NCBI GenBank assembly: GCA_973895155.1
Contig: OZ316892.1
Coordinates: forward strand, 21,019,619 to 21,083,618
Reading direction: 5' to 3'
Source: Marsupella aquatica
Lineage: Eukaryota > Plantae > Marchantiophyta
Length of the DNA: 64,000 nt
A program made the position numbers and the translations under genes. This document shows, piece after piece, positions 35,457 through 55,950 of the stretch. Position 1 is the first letter of the stretch; every line of letters starts with the position of its first letter. The notes beneath the pieces are model-generated. The model was not told the DNA's origin. It searched no databases and saw nothing but the letters and a program-made list of their open reading frames with translations.

Positions 35457-35699
35457 TGTATGCCTTATTGAAGACTAAAGAACTGATGCAATGGAGTCAG
35501 CTGAAGTAGGTGTGATCAGGTTTTGTCTCACCCCTAGATTAAATGTTGAGGTTTATGTTGCCACACACCTAAACATTTAGTCTGGAGGATAGAGAAACAA
35601 GATCACCTAAGTGAAACGCTAAGTGAATTATATTGTATTTGGATTAATCTCCAAAGTACTTAATTTAAAACCTCCAAGATACATGGAAATTGTCATCAA

Positions 35700-37600
35700 A
35701 CATACTATTAGATTTGCAATGCAGCTTCCAATATACAAGCACAAAAGGAGAGCACTCCAAAACTAGCCCAGGGAAAGCGAGCTGCTGAGCTAAGATTGAC
35801 ATCAAGAGAGAGCAACATTGACTCTGGATCGGGCTCTAGGTGGGTCCATAGATCACCATATATAGAGCATTGCATGAGAGGAGAGAGCAAAGCATCAACT
35901 ATCTGGGTCTATGGAGATGGGTATGTAGCATGCACAGAGAAGCGACCAGCCCAACTGTCAATGCTTAGAAAAATCTGCAAAATAAGTTATCATTGAGAGT
36001 GTGCAACTGAGGCAATACAAGCGAAGGGAGAGCAAACTAAGACAACATCGATTCCCCGATCGAGTCTGGGTCCATTGCAGCTTCCGGGTCAATGAAAATA
36101 AGACACCGTAAGACAGCCAGTCAAGTGCCCCTTCTTTGTATGTGACCCAAAATTGTCCCAATTCAGAGAATCTTGAACATTAACACACTAGGTCCCCATT
36201 CTCATTATGAAAGAGGAACTCAACATTGAGATACTAGTCCTTGTGATCATGGTCCCTCCCTCCCCACTCTGACCACATCAGCCAGAGTTGATTTGAGAGT
36301 GGTGGGCAAAGAATGTTTCATCCCTTGCTGCTGAGTAAGCAAGAGATATATCCTCTCCCAACACAATATATTTGGACCCAGTCCACCCATGGACAACAGA
36401 TGTGGACCAACCTTGAACAACACTTCTCTTAGCTGAGGTCAGTTGTTTTTCAATGAGGCAACAGTCCACTGCTTCCACAGTAGTTCTCTTGGGAGGAATC
36501 ACTTTGACAACAACCGACGGTAAACCACAACACAATTGACAATATTGCATATTTGATTAACCATCATTCCTCCTCTTGTCGTTGGAGTAGTTGCTCGCTG
36601 CTACATTATGCCAATTGATGCTCAAGCTCTACAACACCATATGCAGTGAGGGTCACTACAAGGTGGGTGGCACTATAGTTAGCTTGTGAAAGATCCAGTC
36701 CAAACACCACTCACTACTCCACCACAACCAAGGGCTCAACAAGCAAACCTTCTCTCGTCAGCCGATCATTGATCAACCACAAGCACCATAGAGGCACCAT
36801 AGAGGCAACAAAGAACACCCTAAGGAGCATAGCCGAGGACCGGAGCAGAGAGCACAACATACCACGATCCCGACCATGATAGGAGCACGAGAAGCTCAAC
36901 ACTAAGTTGGGAGCAAAAACATTGACTCAAAGCAAAGCAAATCAGATCTACAACATTGAGCACTGGAGAGCACATCATCAATCTACAACATCGGGCAGCA
37001 GCATGAGCGGAGAGGAGACAAGGCAGTAGCATGAGCAAATAGCATCAACAGGAGAGCATCAATAGAAGAGCCTCGACAAGAGAGCATCAACAGGAGAGCA
37101 TTGACACGAGAGCCTCAACAGGAGAGCATTGACAAGAGAGGCTTGACAGGAGAGCCTCGATAGGAGAGCATCAATAGGAGAGCATTGGGAGGAGAGCATC
37201 AACTACAACATTGGGCTGCAACAATAAGAGCGGAGAGCAACCAAGGAGTGAGAATAAAATAGGGAATGAAAGCAGATCATATCATATCACATTGAGCAAC
37301 AGCATGAGCAAAGAGCATCCAAGGAGCGAGAATGAAAACAGATTAGATCAATTCAGCTCAGTTCAATTCATTTGTGTCTACCATCGATCTACAACTTTGA
37401 GCAGCAGCATCAGCAAAGAGGACACAAAGGTAGTAGCATGAGCCAAGAGAATTGATTGCCACATCAAGCAACAACATGAGCAAAGAGCAGCCAAGGAGCA
37501 AATATGAGGACCAAAATGTGTGAGAGAGAAATGCGGACCAAAATGTGTGAGAGAGAGAATGAGCAGAGCTACAAAAAACTCAACGTAACTTGTGGATCCA
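35700..37600 (-). mobile_element. Highly decayed Ty1/Copia-like remnant
   Basis: Minus-strand IYGDLWTH (~35840-35865) resembles the Copia integrase HSDLWGP motif; the surrounding frames are fragmented. Boundaries are approximate. Confidence 0.35.
37041..37204. repeat. 14-bp minisatellite (about 11-12 copies)
   Basis: Variants of aggagagcatcaac repeated in tandem. Confidence 0.85.
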
Positions 37601-40600
37601 CTACCACCATTTGATCAATCTGTGGGTAACTTAGATCATATCACCCAAACTTCTTTGGATGCTCGCTATCCAGTTTTGACATTCACCTGATGTCAAACAC
37701 TTGTCAAAAGAGCTTAAGTGATTTTTCTCCTAAAAAATTACCTAATACCTGCCCCATGTCATACTAGGGTTACAAAAGATTGACAAAACTTCTGAAATAT
37801 GCTTGCAAATTCTAATCACACTATACATAAGTAGTTTCAGTTCTTCACTTCTAGAGAGGTAGTCACCTTGATTACTTTTGCACTCACACACTTCCTCCCT
37901 TTCTCTACTCCAACAAGGGGGATATCCACTCCAAGCTATCACCTTAGAGTAGATCCTCACAAAAATACCCAAGTACACAAAGTATCTTTCTGTTCAAGCT
38001 TGAGCTGCTCTCAAGACCCTCAAAGTAGTGTTACCCCTCAACCTTGCTTTTCTGGCCTTGGTTTGGGTCCACATATTTCCTTCGAGTTGTAGAGAAAACT
38101 CTTCTATCTAAGGACTCTTCCTCTAGTTCATACTTCTTCTTAACGCCACACACCAGGCAAGGTACACCCTCAAGCTACAACCCTCTCTAAGTCCCAAAGT
38201 AGTGCTCTACCTTATCCTTGCCTTCGTGGCTTTGGTTGTGTACCAGCACATCCCCTTCAAGATTAGACCAAATTGCACCCTAACATGTAATCTTCTCTTG
38301 CTCTCATACACTTCAAATTCACTCACATTTAATGGTCACAATGAAGACTGGAAGACTCATTTTATTGTATGCTCAATCCTTACACAAAAGATCACCACAA
38401 ACTCTTCACACTAAGCATGGACCTCCTCTCCCTCCTCAAACTTAGCCAACTTGGCAAGGTAGAGCTTACACGTAAGAAATGAGACTTCAAGTCTTTAACA
38501 AAGAAAAACTTCTACCTTTGTATACTAAATTTCTACCAAGCTCGACCTGGGTTCAACAAAACCTCCCCCCAAGTCCTCCTAACACACAAAGTCCAAATCT
38601 ATACTTAGTTCATATCTCACTCTCTGGCTCACTCTACAACCTACTGTTTTGACTCCTTCCAAGCCCTAGAATATGTCACATATGAGTTGCATAATTTGAT
38701 TTCCAAACATGCTTCCACTCAAGCTCCTCCTCAACAACTTCCCAACCTACTTAAAAGCTTGCAAAAAGAGTATTTGAGCCAAAAGTTATGTCATGTCAAA
38801 GTTGGCTCCTTATTTACTAGTCCTTATTTACTACCCTAAGTTAACCGCCATATCAACTTATTTTCCTTACCTTAATGGCCTTGCATCTTTGTCCAAAGTT
38901 AATTACCTTTTCCTAGAGCTAACTACAGTGATATGGGTGCCCTAAGTGTGTGACTTTGAATCTAACTTTCATTCTCCCTTGGCAGCTCCTGTTTGCAAGC
39001 TATCGGGACCCCTTCTTGGTCTCAGCTAAAAATATCACCTTTGGGTGTTATTTTCTTGGGTTTCCACCTTCACTGAGGGGTGCCTTACCTCCCCACGGAT
39101 CACCGAAAAGAATGTGGGCTCAAACGGATATCCCTAGCTCTAGTTATGTCATTTTTCCTTGTCTCAAGTCCTTATGGTGTAAAGGGGTGTAATTAGTTCT
39201 TGATTATAGTGTCATAGGTCCTGGTTTATACTTATGCGTATACCGCGTGTCAAGATGAGAGAAATCCTCACAAGGTCAGGTCTTTACAAAGGCTATAGAG
39301 CTTGGCTTCGTGCCTGATTTTGCACCTGATTCAATGACTAATTACTTGGTTGATTTAGCAACAACCTCTTCTCTGATTTATAGCTGAGTCCTGGCTAATT
39401 TGAAGTTGGTTTCATGGTTGATTTTCTCAGGGGTAGCCATAGTTCACAACTACTTTAATTTGCAGCATCTATTCAATCCTTAGCACATCGATTCTCTCAA
39501 TTGCCAACCAGCTCAACTTGAATCAACTCATTCAACTTAGCATGAGCTTACTTAGTAGCACATTGGTTCTCTCAATTGCCATCTAGCAGTCATAGCTTCA
39601 TTCAATCTTGCAGTTGGTCTATCAATTTCACAGCCAACTATTACTCTCTCAATTGGCAGTCCTCAAGCAACACATCGAATCAGCCAATAACACCTTGTTT
39701 CTCTTGGCAACCATTAGCACAACCTTTCCAATTTCAGGCAGCCAGCTCTATAGCCTACATTGTGTCTGCCCTTCCTCAATTTTCCAGCATCCGGACAGAG
39801 ATCTCATTTACCAGCCAGCCATAGCTTCAGTTTCACATTGCTTGAGCTTGAAGCTGGCTCGGAAGCTGGTCTCGCGCTGAAGGAGCAGTAGCGCACCATA
39901 GCTTCTTCACATTGTGATTGTCTGGTCTATTTGATCATCTCGTAGCCGCCCTTGTGCTTGACTCATTCCTGCCTCATGGTAGCCTCGTGGTAGCCATGTC
40001 AACGCGTTTTACACTTAGTCGGATTTTGTTATTTTGGAAAGAATATAATTCACTAGCCAATATTCTCCCCCCCCAAACTCACTTATATGGCCAAAAGGAC
40101 TTTGAGTATATCCCTAGAATCCCTCCTAAATTGATCCAACATGCTAAATATTTTATGATGACTTCTCTAAAATTACCTAAATTTGCCCGTATCTCTAACA
40201 TGCATCCATTTTCCCTAACTTTGAGAGGCTCCCCAAGAGTAAGAAAAGTTGACCAAGTACTTCTAAGATATTCCAGGGATATTAAGGGCTATACTAAAAT
40301 CAATTGTTAATTTGAATCCACAAAATTTACCCCTTAGCTATTTTCTCCAAGACCCGCAAGTTGGTTATTTTAAGCTATGCCAAAATACTCAGAACTCCTA
40401 GGTTGAAACCCCACTTGACATCAAACTTTTTAAGGGTGCCTTAGGGACCTCCTAGCACCCATGGGAAAAATCTCAACCAAAACTAAGACTTCAAATGTCG
40501 GGTCGTTTCTCCAGCTAGGAATAGTCACCTATTCTAAGGACGGAATATTTTTTGCCCCACTATAAAGACCTTTCTTATCCCTTGACACTTGCTTACACTC

Positions 40601-42399
40601 AGTAACCTTCAATTTCCCTACCTTACCTATTCTACTTACTTAAGTTCCTAAAACTTAGTTACTCCGATAGCACTTAAACCAACTTTCGTACTATTCCTTC
40701 TCTAAAACAAAAAAATGACTTATACTTTCACTTAAGGCACTATTGAACCATTCCACACCTGACCGCACAACGGCCATTTCCCGGTTCCTCAGCTCGTGTG
40801 GATCAATATTCTATTCAAATTAATCACTCAATACATTCACTTGTGATACTCTATTTTCACTATAAACTATGTTTTCAATAAGACAAAATAGGCATGCATT
40901 CAAATGAACATGCTATATATCATGGATGTGCTTCATAGTAAGGTAACTAGTTGAGTCTACAAAGTGAGGTTGTTCAGGTTCCTTTGACTTGGTATTTATA
41001 TTATAAGTGATGGGATCTTAAAGAAGATGCATTCTAGTCAAGTAGTCATTGATGTACTTCATAGTAAGGTAACTATTTAGTCTCACACACTCTCATCAGT
41101 GTGAGGTTATATTTGAGGTAAGTGACAATAATTAGGGTGTGTGACACTAATATGGTATGACACTATTTTGGTCGCAAGTCAAATAATAACACATACACTT
41201 AAGTTAAAAAAATAGAATGGACAATACTAGTCAAAATTTTCTTATAAAAAATTTAAAAATGTGCACTATATCTGATTACAGTTTACAAAATTTACTACTC
41301 AAACATTGAGAAAACTTCAGAAACTTATAACTCCTTCCATTTACTACACAAACATTGAGCAAACTTCAAAAATTTATAACTCCTTCTCACATAACACAAA
41401 TTGCAGTTGGGGTATTCAACAACACTCAATAAACAACATTTGTTTGATTCACTTCTATCAACTATGAATAACACACGCTATCTCACATAAGCTACAAACT
41501 AACATCCTTTTTACTCTCTTATAACCTGTCCCTTGTGTATCATCCTTGCAAGACGGCGTACAGCCCCAAGAGAAGTGGGTTGAGCTGGCTCTGATCACCA
41601 ACATCAGGAGTCACTTCAACAGTAGCATTAATGTCAAGGCCAACATGACTCCCTTCAAAATTCACTTGATACTTCACTATGCAATTCTGAAGCTCATGTG
41701 TAAGTTGATTTTCAGACTATATATACACCATTGACATTTAGAGACAAATAGATGTTTATCATTGAATTTTTTGCATAAGACATGTTATGTCTGTCAATAG
41801 AACTATTCCCCTTAGCTACAGAGTCCCTTGCCAATTTCAAAACCCAATGTTTGCGTGGATTTATCAATTTCCCAAATGTGCCCCGTGTCCTAGTCCCCAA
41901 ATTTTTTGGGTCTTCATTTTTCATTTTTTGAAGTGCAACAAGGATAAGCCAAAGGAGATGCAAATTAATTACCAGTGACATTTTGACATAGTCTTAGTTG
42001 ATTCTCTTTGAATTCCCTTGCTCTAGCAAATCCAGCCATGATGGCCAATCCATTCCCGCCATGTTACCAATCTGTCAACCTCCTCTCACAAAGACTGACA
42101 AGCTAAAACACAAAGAAGGTTTCTAAGAACGTACACACAAAAAGATGTCGTTGGTAGTCTGGATACCTTTGGAGTGGGTCCAGTTTAGGTTTATCACCAA
42201 TAACATAGTCACCTCTAATTATCAATATTTTTCAATATGTTAATTAATTTTTTTAAATTAGGGGTAAATAGTGTCACTTGGCTGAAAATCAAGGGCTACC
42301 CCTAATTAGTATGTGTGACACTAATTGTTTTGTGACACTAAATACTCTAAAGACTGTAGTTGAGTCAAAGCTGGCTTCATAGTAAGCTAACTAGTTGAG

Positions 42400-45300
42400 T
42401 CAAAAGCTTACTTACGCATAATAGGATAGTGGTTTAAAGGGACGATAATTGGACACAGATAGATGGGAGATATCAATCCATTTTTTCAGTGGTTTTGATG
42501 ATAAAGATATCTTCCAAACATCTACTTCAAGTGTTTGCAAAATACTGTAGCATTGTGAAAAGGTGCTTAACATGGGTTTGCAAAATGGCGGATGGATGTC
42601 ATAGCGATCCCAACTGATTTTATTGATTGGTGTAATATTTGGAAACCTTACGAGAGGAGAAGGCAATTTTTTTTCTAATATGGGAATTGGTACACCGCAT
42701 CAATGCTACTAAACATTTCACTTGCAGATGGTCTACTCCTCAAAATGAGGCTGGCATTATCAAATTTGTTTTTGGCTGGATCTTGTGTGGTGTCCCTGGG
42801 CCCTCACTCCAAGTAAAAGAAGTGATCCCCCTGTTGTGAAGATATTTTTGCATTGCCCCGAGTCCCAATGATCCATTGTTAGAGCTATTAGGCCTTTCCT
42901 ATTTTGCTTGGAGATGGAGTTATGGAGTCAGTGAGCTGAAAACATTTTGAGTGAGAACTTGGGAGACCGCACATGGGGAGTTCTATGCTTTCCTTATGTG
43001 CTGACAGAATGTTCCCCTTTTGCATTGAGGTAGCTCACAAAGACTTTGCTATGCAGATGCCTGGTGTGGGTCTGAGCATTGAATGAGTTAGCATTGACAA
43101 AAAAAGGAGGGATAGCTGTCGGGTTACGGTTCATCAATCGGGTTATTCGTCCTAATCCTTTGCTTGCAAGGTTGGAATTGAAGAGAGCTTTGGAGAGCTT
43201 CCAATCTGTTTTTGGGACTTTTGAAATGGAACTTGGGAACTAGATGGCAGCTGAACATGTTTAAATGATGGAATATTTGGATTTGGTACAGTTTATCCTC
43301 AATGGCTTTGGCGAGGTGGGGAGGCTATGAGCCAGACACAACAGGAAGAGATTTGGAGGTCAACTGAGCGCTTGGAAAAGAATGGGGGGGGGGGGAGCTT
43401 CAGTGCACTATGAGTGACCGGTAGTATCAATGATCTTTGGTTGTTGACCGAGAGTGTATGGATGCGACGCTTTTATTGTTGGACCGTGTTGGAGTAGCTT
43501 TGGCTCAGGGAGAGATTTTGGTCTGTAGACATTGTGCATGTTTGTGATGCTGCACAATGTTTTGTTTCTATTCAGAGTATTGGTTTGTGGAGAAGATGTT
43601 TAAGTGACTGAATTGGTAAAATCAAGTGCCTAAGTGCTAATGCTGTTTTTGGGCTTTGGAGTGACTCTCGATTGAAGGTCAATTGGCGGAGATGTGAAGC
43701 AAATGCATGGGCATTGCGGGGTAAGGCTGTTGGGGGCTGTTAGTGACGGGATTAGTGACTGGGAGGGAAGGTTACTGCGCCATTGCAGGACAGGGTTTTT
43801 TTGAGTTTGGCTTGCAGCTGGTTGAATTGGATGCACTGAGATAGAAGTTTACTAGAGAGAAGGGAGATGGTCTTGGGCTCAAAGTTGAGTGCTATCGGTG
43901 GCTTTCGTGTGACTGTTGGCCTACACGGTGGTAAAGGAGTCAAGGGGCTTTCAATTGTAGTCAAAATTGGTGGAACTGGTGTTGCACCCTCTGTTTTTGG
44001 GGCTCTGATCTGTGTAATTAACAACCTTTGGAAGGTTTTTGGCTGTTGGAGCTTCTGCTAGTGTGCTCATTGCTGTGATTGAGCGTGGATTGGAGATACA
44101 AAAGCCGACCCTCTTTCCTCCTGAGATTGGAGAATGGTCTTTGGAGAAGGGGTGCGCTTGTACGTGTGGCTCTGAATTGAAAAGCATTGTGTGGTAATCA
44201 CGGAGAAGAAGTGCAACTGAGGTTTTGAAGACAACAAATGAAACACTGGCCAGACAGTTAAGGAGGAGGAAGAGAGAGAGTCTGGTCTGTGCTAAGGTGT
44301 GCGCAAAGGAGGACCAAGTGAACTTACGGTGTGAAGGTTGCATCATGCTCATCTTCTTAGTTAGGGTTCAAGAGGTGTTGATCAGAGTGGACTATAGGAG
44401 ACTGCATTTTAGTGGTGGTTTACATTGGTTGGGGGTTTGGTTAGCAATGGTCTTTGTTTCTTAGGTTGGCGTGTGAGGGTCTGGTGGGAGTTGTCCTGGT
44501 ATGAGGAGTGCTGGATAGTTCTGGTCAGTAATAGAGGGGAAGAATTAAGTATCCTTCCTCGGCCTGGGGTTCTGTGCTCTCGTTCTGGGCCAACCTTTCT
44601 GGGTTTGCCCCGTGGGGCTTCTAGAGCTCCATTTATTCGTGGTCTTGTGTGACTTATTCCCTTCGTCTTCCAGGTTTTAGATAGAAAAAGTAAGATTTGT
44701 GGTTTCCCCTCTCCTTGGGGCTGACTTGCAAATGGCTTCCGAACATGCATTGCCCGGGACGGACCTTGGCTTTGATACTGGTAGTGGTTGTTGGTTTCGT
44801 TTGTGCTGGTCACTGGCTAGTTAGTTCTTGTATGGGTTGGTGGTGGCTGGGCTTGATCCGGTCCTCCTGCTTCTTCTGGTTTTCCCTATCCTTTGGCACC
44901 TTTGTGGACTTTGCCCTGGCCTTTTTGGTCCTCCCTTTCTGTTTAACGGATTTTAGTGTTAAAAAAAGAAGGACTCAATGGCCTTAGTTGTAAAGGGTTT
45001 GGTCTAAATCAACCCGTGTTCTTCTAGTGCAAGCAATTTGGAAACACAACAAAGTCTTGAAGGCCACAAAACACCCTTGCTGAAGTTCACTAGGCTGCCA
45101 TAAATTGGAATTAAATAGTTTATACAGGACCCATTACCATCATGGCCAAGTGCAGTTCCATTTCTTTCACCTCAAGTCACACTCATTTTGGGACATTAAT
45201 GTGCTACTTTCTGGACTGTGACTAGTTCATCTAAAGCCTGAATGCCCTTGGTTGTAAATTCAGGAGCACAATTGCCTCATCCCAAAGTAGAGCTTTGAGT

Positions 45301-45400
45301 GGAGGGTTGCCATCCTTCAAAGAGAATTAGTTGAAATTGGTATTTGGGCTTCTCCATTTACTACGGGTTCAATGAACTGAAAACCTAGTGTAACAGGTCT
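42400..45400 (-). mobile_element. Decayed L1-like LINE (ORF1 + APE endonuclease remnants)
   Basis: The minus strand gives LSVSNYRP (SDHxP-like end of the APE domain) near 42440 and a Pro/Lys/Gln-rich ORF1-like stretch at ~44400-45100; many stops. Confidence 0.4.
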
Positions 45401-46913
45401 TTGGCCACTTACAGGTCACTTTTGTGACCGAACTGTAAAATATACTATCTGAAGAACTTGGAGGTTTTCCAATGGTCCATCTGGGTCTCACTAGTCCATC
45501 CGAGCGTGAGAGACAACGTTGAGGTGTATCGAGGTTTTGCACCTAGATTGACATCTCTTAGACTAAATAAATGAGCGATTTGAAACCGACCACGTAACCT
45601 CCGTTTGCAATCGGTCCTGCCGCGCACGCTGCCGGAAACCCGCAGTGCCGTAAAACCAAAGCCAGCCGGACGTGTTACGTCAGGAGCGAGTGCATGACAC
45701 GGTACTTCCCGACAGTAGTAATTTATATGTTCTAGAGACTCGGGACTAGGGAGGGAGAGGGGGCCACGGGCGGCAAAGCAGAGAAGCGAACGGAGTTCCG
45801 GGCGAAGGCCAAGGCTGAGGGAAAGGAAGGACGAAGAGAACGGAGGCCCAAGAGACGGACGAAGGCCGAGGCGGAGAAGGAAAGGAAGGAGGGATCGAAC
45901 AGCGGCCAACGGGACGGAGAAGGAACGGACGGACGAGGGCCGCGGCGGAGAAGGGAAGGAAGGCTCTACAGAGAACGGAGGCCAACGAGACGGAGGAGGA
46001 ACGGACGGAGGAGTGCCAAGGCGGAGAAGGAGAGGGAAGGCTACAGAGAACGGAAGCCCAGGAGACGGAGAAGGAACAGAGAGAGGGAGGGAGCGAGGGA
46101 GGGAGTGAGCGAGGCCAAGACGGGGAAGGCCAAGGAGGGACGAAGAGCAAGGCGGAGAGAAGGACAATCGAACGGCAAAGCGGAGGCAGAGGAAGGCAGA
46201 GGAATGCAGAGCAGCGCAGACAGAGGACGAGGAGGAGCGAGACATTCTAGAGAAATCGAAAGAAAACAGAGGGAGGAGAAGGGGCGGGTTTTTTTGCTGA
46301 TGCGGCAACATTTTGACGAAGCGCAGGAGGAAAGACCTCTGTCTGGGCAGGAGGAGAATAATATAATACTACAGTAGATTCGTAGGTGAGAGAGGAGGCG
46401 GGCTTGGAGGGGGGCTACTCGATGCGCACTGAAGTCGGGGTGCGGCTGAGAGATGAAGCAAAGCACTTGTGAGGCAAGTTAACGCGAAGGAGAGCAAGGA
46501 AAGGAATGAAAACTGGCCGGCTGGTGCTGATGCGTGGTGACCAACTGAGCAGCAAGCACTGGCGTGGTTAGCAGGGATTTCCATTTCAGACCGTTTTGAC
46601 GCTCTACACTTGGGTTTAATGGAGTACCATTTTTGAGAGCCGATCCATCACCGCAGGCGCGGAGCGAGTTGCCATATTTTGGCGCATCATTTTTTGTCAG
46701 TGTCCGTTGTTTTGGGGCCTGCTGCGGCCTGCGTAGAGTACTGGACTACCGAGAGAGAGGGGAAGCGAAAGCGAGAGCGAGAGCGAGAGAGAGAGTTTTG
46801 GGAGACGAAGCGATTGCAACAGGGAAGGAAGGTCCGGCAGGCAGGAAGACCAGGCAGGGTGAAGAGATCTATGCGGGGGAATTGCGTTGCGAGGGGGTGA
46901 TTAGATTGGAAAA

Positions 46914-53354
<6,441 letters not shown>

Positions 53355-54157
53355 ATGGAAGGGATACTCAAAATTTGAGAGGGATTATGGTAGAGACGTG
53401 TTGAGAGTAAGAGAAACATATTCTTATAATGTTGAAGAATTATTCATGTGCAAAAGGCAGAGACCTTAATAAAATCGGGACCATTTCTCAAATCTCTAGT
53501 TTCTGCCGTTTAGCACGGCCAATGGGATTTATCTCCTTGAGGTTGCTTTGTTCAGTTTTTTATATGAGGAATGCCTCCTTTTACTATCTGGCACTTTTAT
53601 GTATGCTGGTCCCTCATTGTTCTTCCCCATACCAACACTCTTGGGTCCCTTGCGACAATTAATGCGGCTCCCCCGACTACACTTTAAATGATTGCAGAGG
53701 GCCTGTGAGCTAATCATCACCTCTGATAGAGAAGTGGTTTGTTTAGAGTTGTACGTGAGACGTCAGGACTGAGTTACATAATTTGTACGGACGATATCCT
53801 CTATTCCCTCTTCTAGGTTGCTTTGGGTTTGGCAGCCTGTTGCTCTGTATGAAGTGATGGAAGTCTTGATTGACCAATGTCTGCCTCATCTTGTTTGCAT
53901 GCTGCAGGTGCACGAAAGTTCAAGCTTGGAAGTGCCAATTAAAGGTCTAGAAGTAGTAAATGTATAGGTCTTTCCAGGTTTGAAATAGTCTGCAACGAGA
54001 TTGTAAATTCGAGACAGGTTCTGGTGTTCTTTGGTCGTAGAGGCTACGTGGCCTGCCATCGGTCTGGCAGGTTCTGGTTTACTTTGGTCGTAGAGGCTAC
54101 GTCGCCTGCCATCGGTCTGGCAGCTGGACTGCAAAAATAACCAACCTACAGTTGTAC

Positions 54158-55312
54158 TCACCATGGTCGTGCTCGTGTCCGTTTCCCCATTGTGTATGCA
54201 GGTCCCTTTGAGCCTTGCCAGGGTGAATATTGACCAGGCCCTGGGTTGCCATATCGGTTGTCGATTTCATGTCGGCCGGCAATTGTGTAAGCAACTGTTT
54301 TGTCGTTAGGGAGATTGTAGGATCCTGGGCCTGGTCCCTTCTCTCCAATAAGACCATGCACCTTGGCAGCCATCGTATACGAAGGCGCGCCAGATCGGCT
54401 CCTAGGATCATATGCTCCTGGGCCTGGTACCATTTCTCTACTTCTGTGTTTCACTCTTCCAGCTATGGTGAAAGCAGGACTTCTAAATTCTTCTGAATTG
54501 TATGCTCCAGGTCCAGGATTATTATCTCGACCACTATTACCTAGTCTTCCTGCAATCGAAAAAGCAGGACCACCGTCCCTTGAGTACGGAGAGTATTCTC
54601 CAGGTCCAGGGCTCCTGATTGCCCCACTTTCAGCTGCTCTTCTGGCCAATGTATAAGCAGGTTCCTTACGATGAAGAATGCGTGCGTCTCCCGAGTATGC
54701 TCCGGGCCCTGGCGTGTCTTCAGTTATCGTTCTAATGTTCCGCTTAGTGAGGGTGTACGCAGGGGCAGATGGTTGCATTTTAGGGTTATAGGTACCTGGT
54801 CCTGGTGATTTGTGTTGTAGACCATCTGAATATCGCCGAGCCATTGAGAATGCTGGTGATTGCGGTGAGGATCCTGCATCATAAGCTCCTGGTCCTGGGG
54901 TCTTTGCCCCTAAAGGATCTGGTTTCTTTCCTCCCATAGTGTAGGAGGGACCATCAGTTTTGGATCTGAAACTGTATGTACCTGGACCTGGACTTGGGTG
55001 ACGTTTACTCTCATGGTATCGGGTTGCCATCGAGTATGCAGGTGGTGATTGCTGCACATTAGGTGTGTAAGCCCCTGGACCAGGTCCAGGTAGTCCTCTA
55101 GGCTCACCAAATCGACCTGGGATTGTATATGCAGGACCGTGAGATCCAACTTGTGGAGAGTAAGTCCCCGGTCCAGGTTGATCCCCTTGTCCATCTGATC
55201 TGAATCGAAGAGCCATGGAGTAAGCAGGTGGTGATGTATTGACGACATTCTTGGATTTTGCGACGTCATATGTTCCTGGGCCTGGGGTTGGGTCGCCATA
55301 ATAAATGTCCAT
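54158..55312 (-). CDS. SHIPPO/ODF3-like sperm-tail PG-rich repeat protein (384 aa)
   Basis: About 12 repeats of PGPG(T/A)Y....P(A/S)(Y/F)(T/S)(M/I) with ~30-aa period. Confidence 0.85.
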   Translation of the reverse strand: MDIYYGDPTPGPGTYDVAKSKNVVNTSPPAYSMALRFRSDGQGDQPGPGTYSPQVGSHGPAYTIPGRFGEPRGLPGPGPGAYTPNVQQSPPAYSMATRYHESKRHPSPGPGTYSFRSKTDGPSYTMGGKKPDPLGAKTPGPGAYDAGSSPQSPAFSMARRYSDGLQHKSPGPGTYNPKMQPSAPAYTLTKRNIRTITEDTPGPGAYSGDARILHRKEPAYTLARRAAESGAIRSPGPGEYSPYSRDGGPAFSIAGRLGNSGRDNNPGPGAYNSEEFRSPAFTIAGRVKHRSREMVPGPGAYDPRSRSGAPSYTMAAKVHGLIGEKGPGPGSYNLPNDKTVAYTIAGRHEIDNRYGNPGPGQYSPWQGSKGPAYTMGKRTRARPW

Positions 55313-55950
55313 TATCGTTCTGTCTCAAGAACACATGACATTTCAAATTGTCAGGTTTTTCTTTGGTGGCGGCATGTGCAACTCAGCAGAGGGGTGGAGT
55401 GATGGAAGCGCTATTCGTGAGTCAGATGAGTTTGTAAGAGGTAAATTTAAGGTCAATGTTGCAGTCTTTGGTGGTCACAATCTGGACAGGGTTCCCTGTC
55501 CTAGGAGCAGGACAGACTACACTAAGAACTGTAGAATGGGGCTAGAATAAATTAAAACCAACGGGAATGTGGAGGATAGTGAGGCAAGCTTAGTCCATCT
55601 ACGAAGTAATTTTCTAATTTTCTAGTGCTTTGTTTATAATTAATCCTTCGGTCGTTTGATCACAGTCAAGATACATTGTGCCTATCTAAATTACACATCC
55701 AGCAGTTTCTGCTCCTCCAGGGGGAAGAACCTCCCTCCAAACCTCGGGGAACTAATAAATCGTTTCTTACGCATCTTCCCATCATTTCTATTTTGAGGCA
55801 AGTGAAGAGATGGAAGCAAACCTATTAATGATGCCGTCCGAGGAATCCATGATTGTTTCAAAGATTACAAACGAGTGTAATTGTCTATCTATTATAGATT
55901 CCTAGCTGTTTGTGGGTTCTTTCGTGACAATCACCTCCCAAGCAAGCAAT

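Noticed and set aside
45445-46466. 288-aa and overlapping Ser/Pro/Leu-rich ORFs
   Set aside because: Artefacts of a GA/CT-rich low-complexity tract upstream of the UBP gene.
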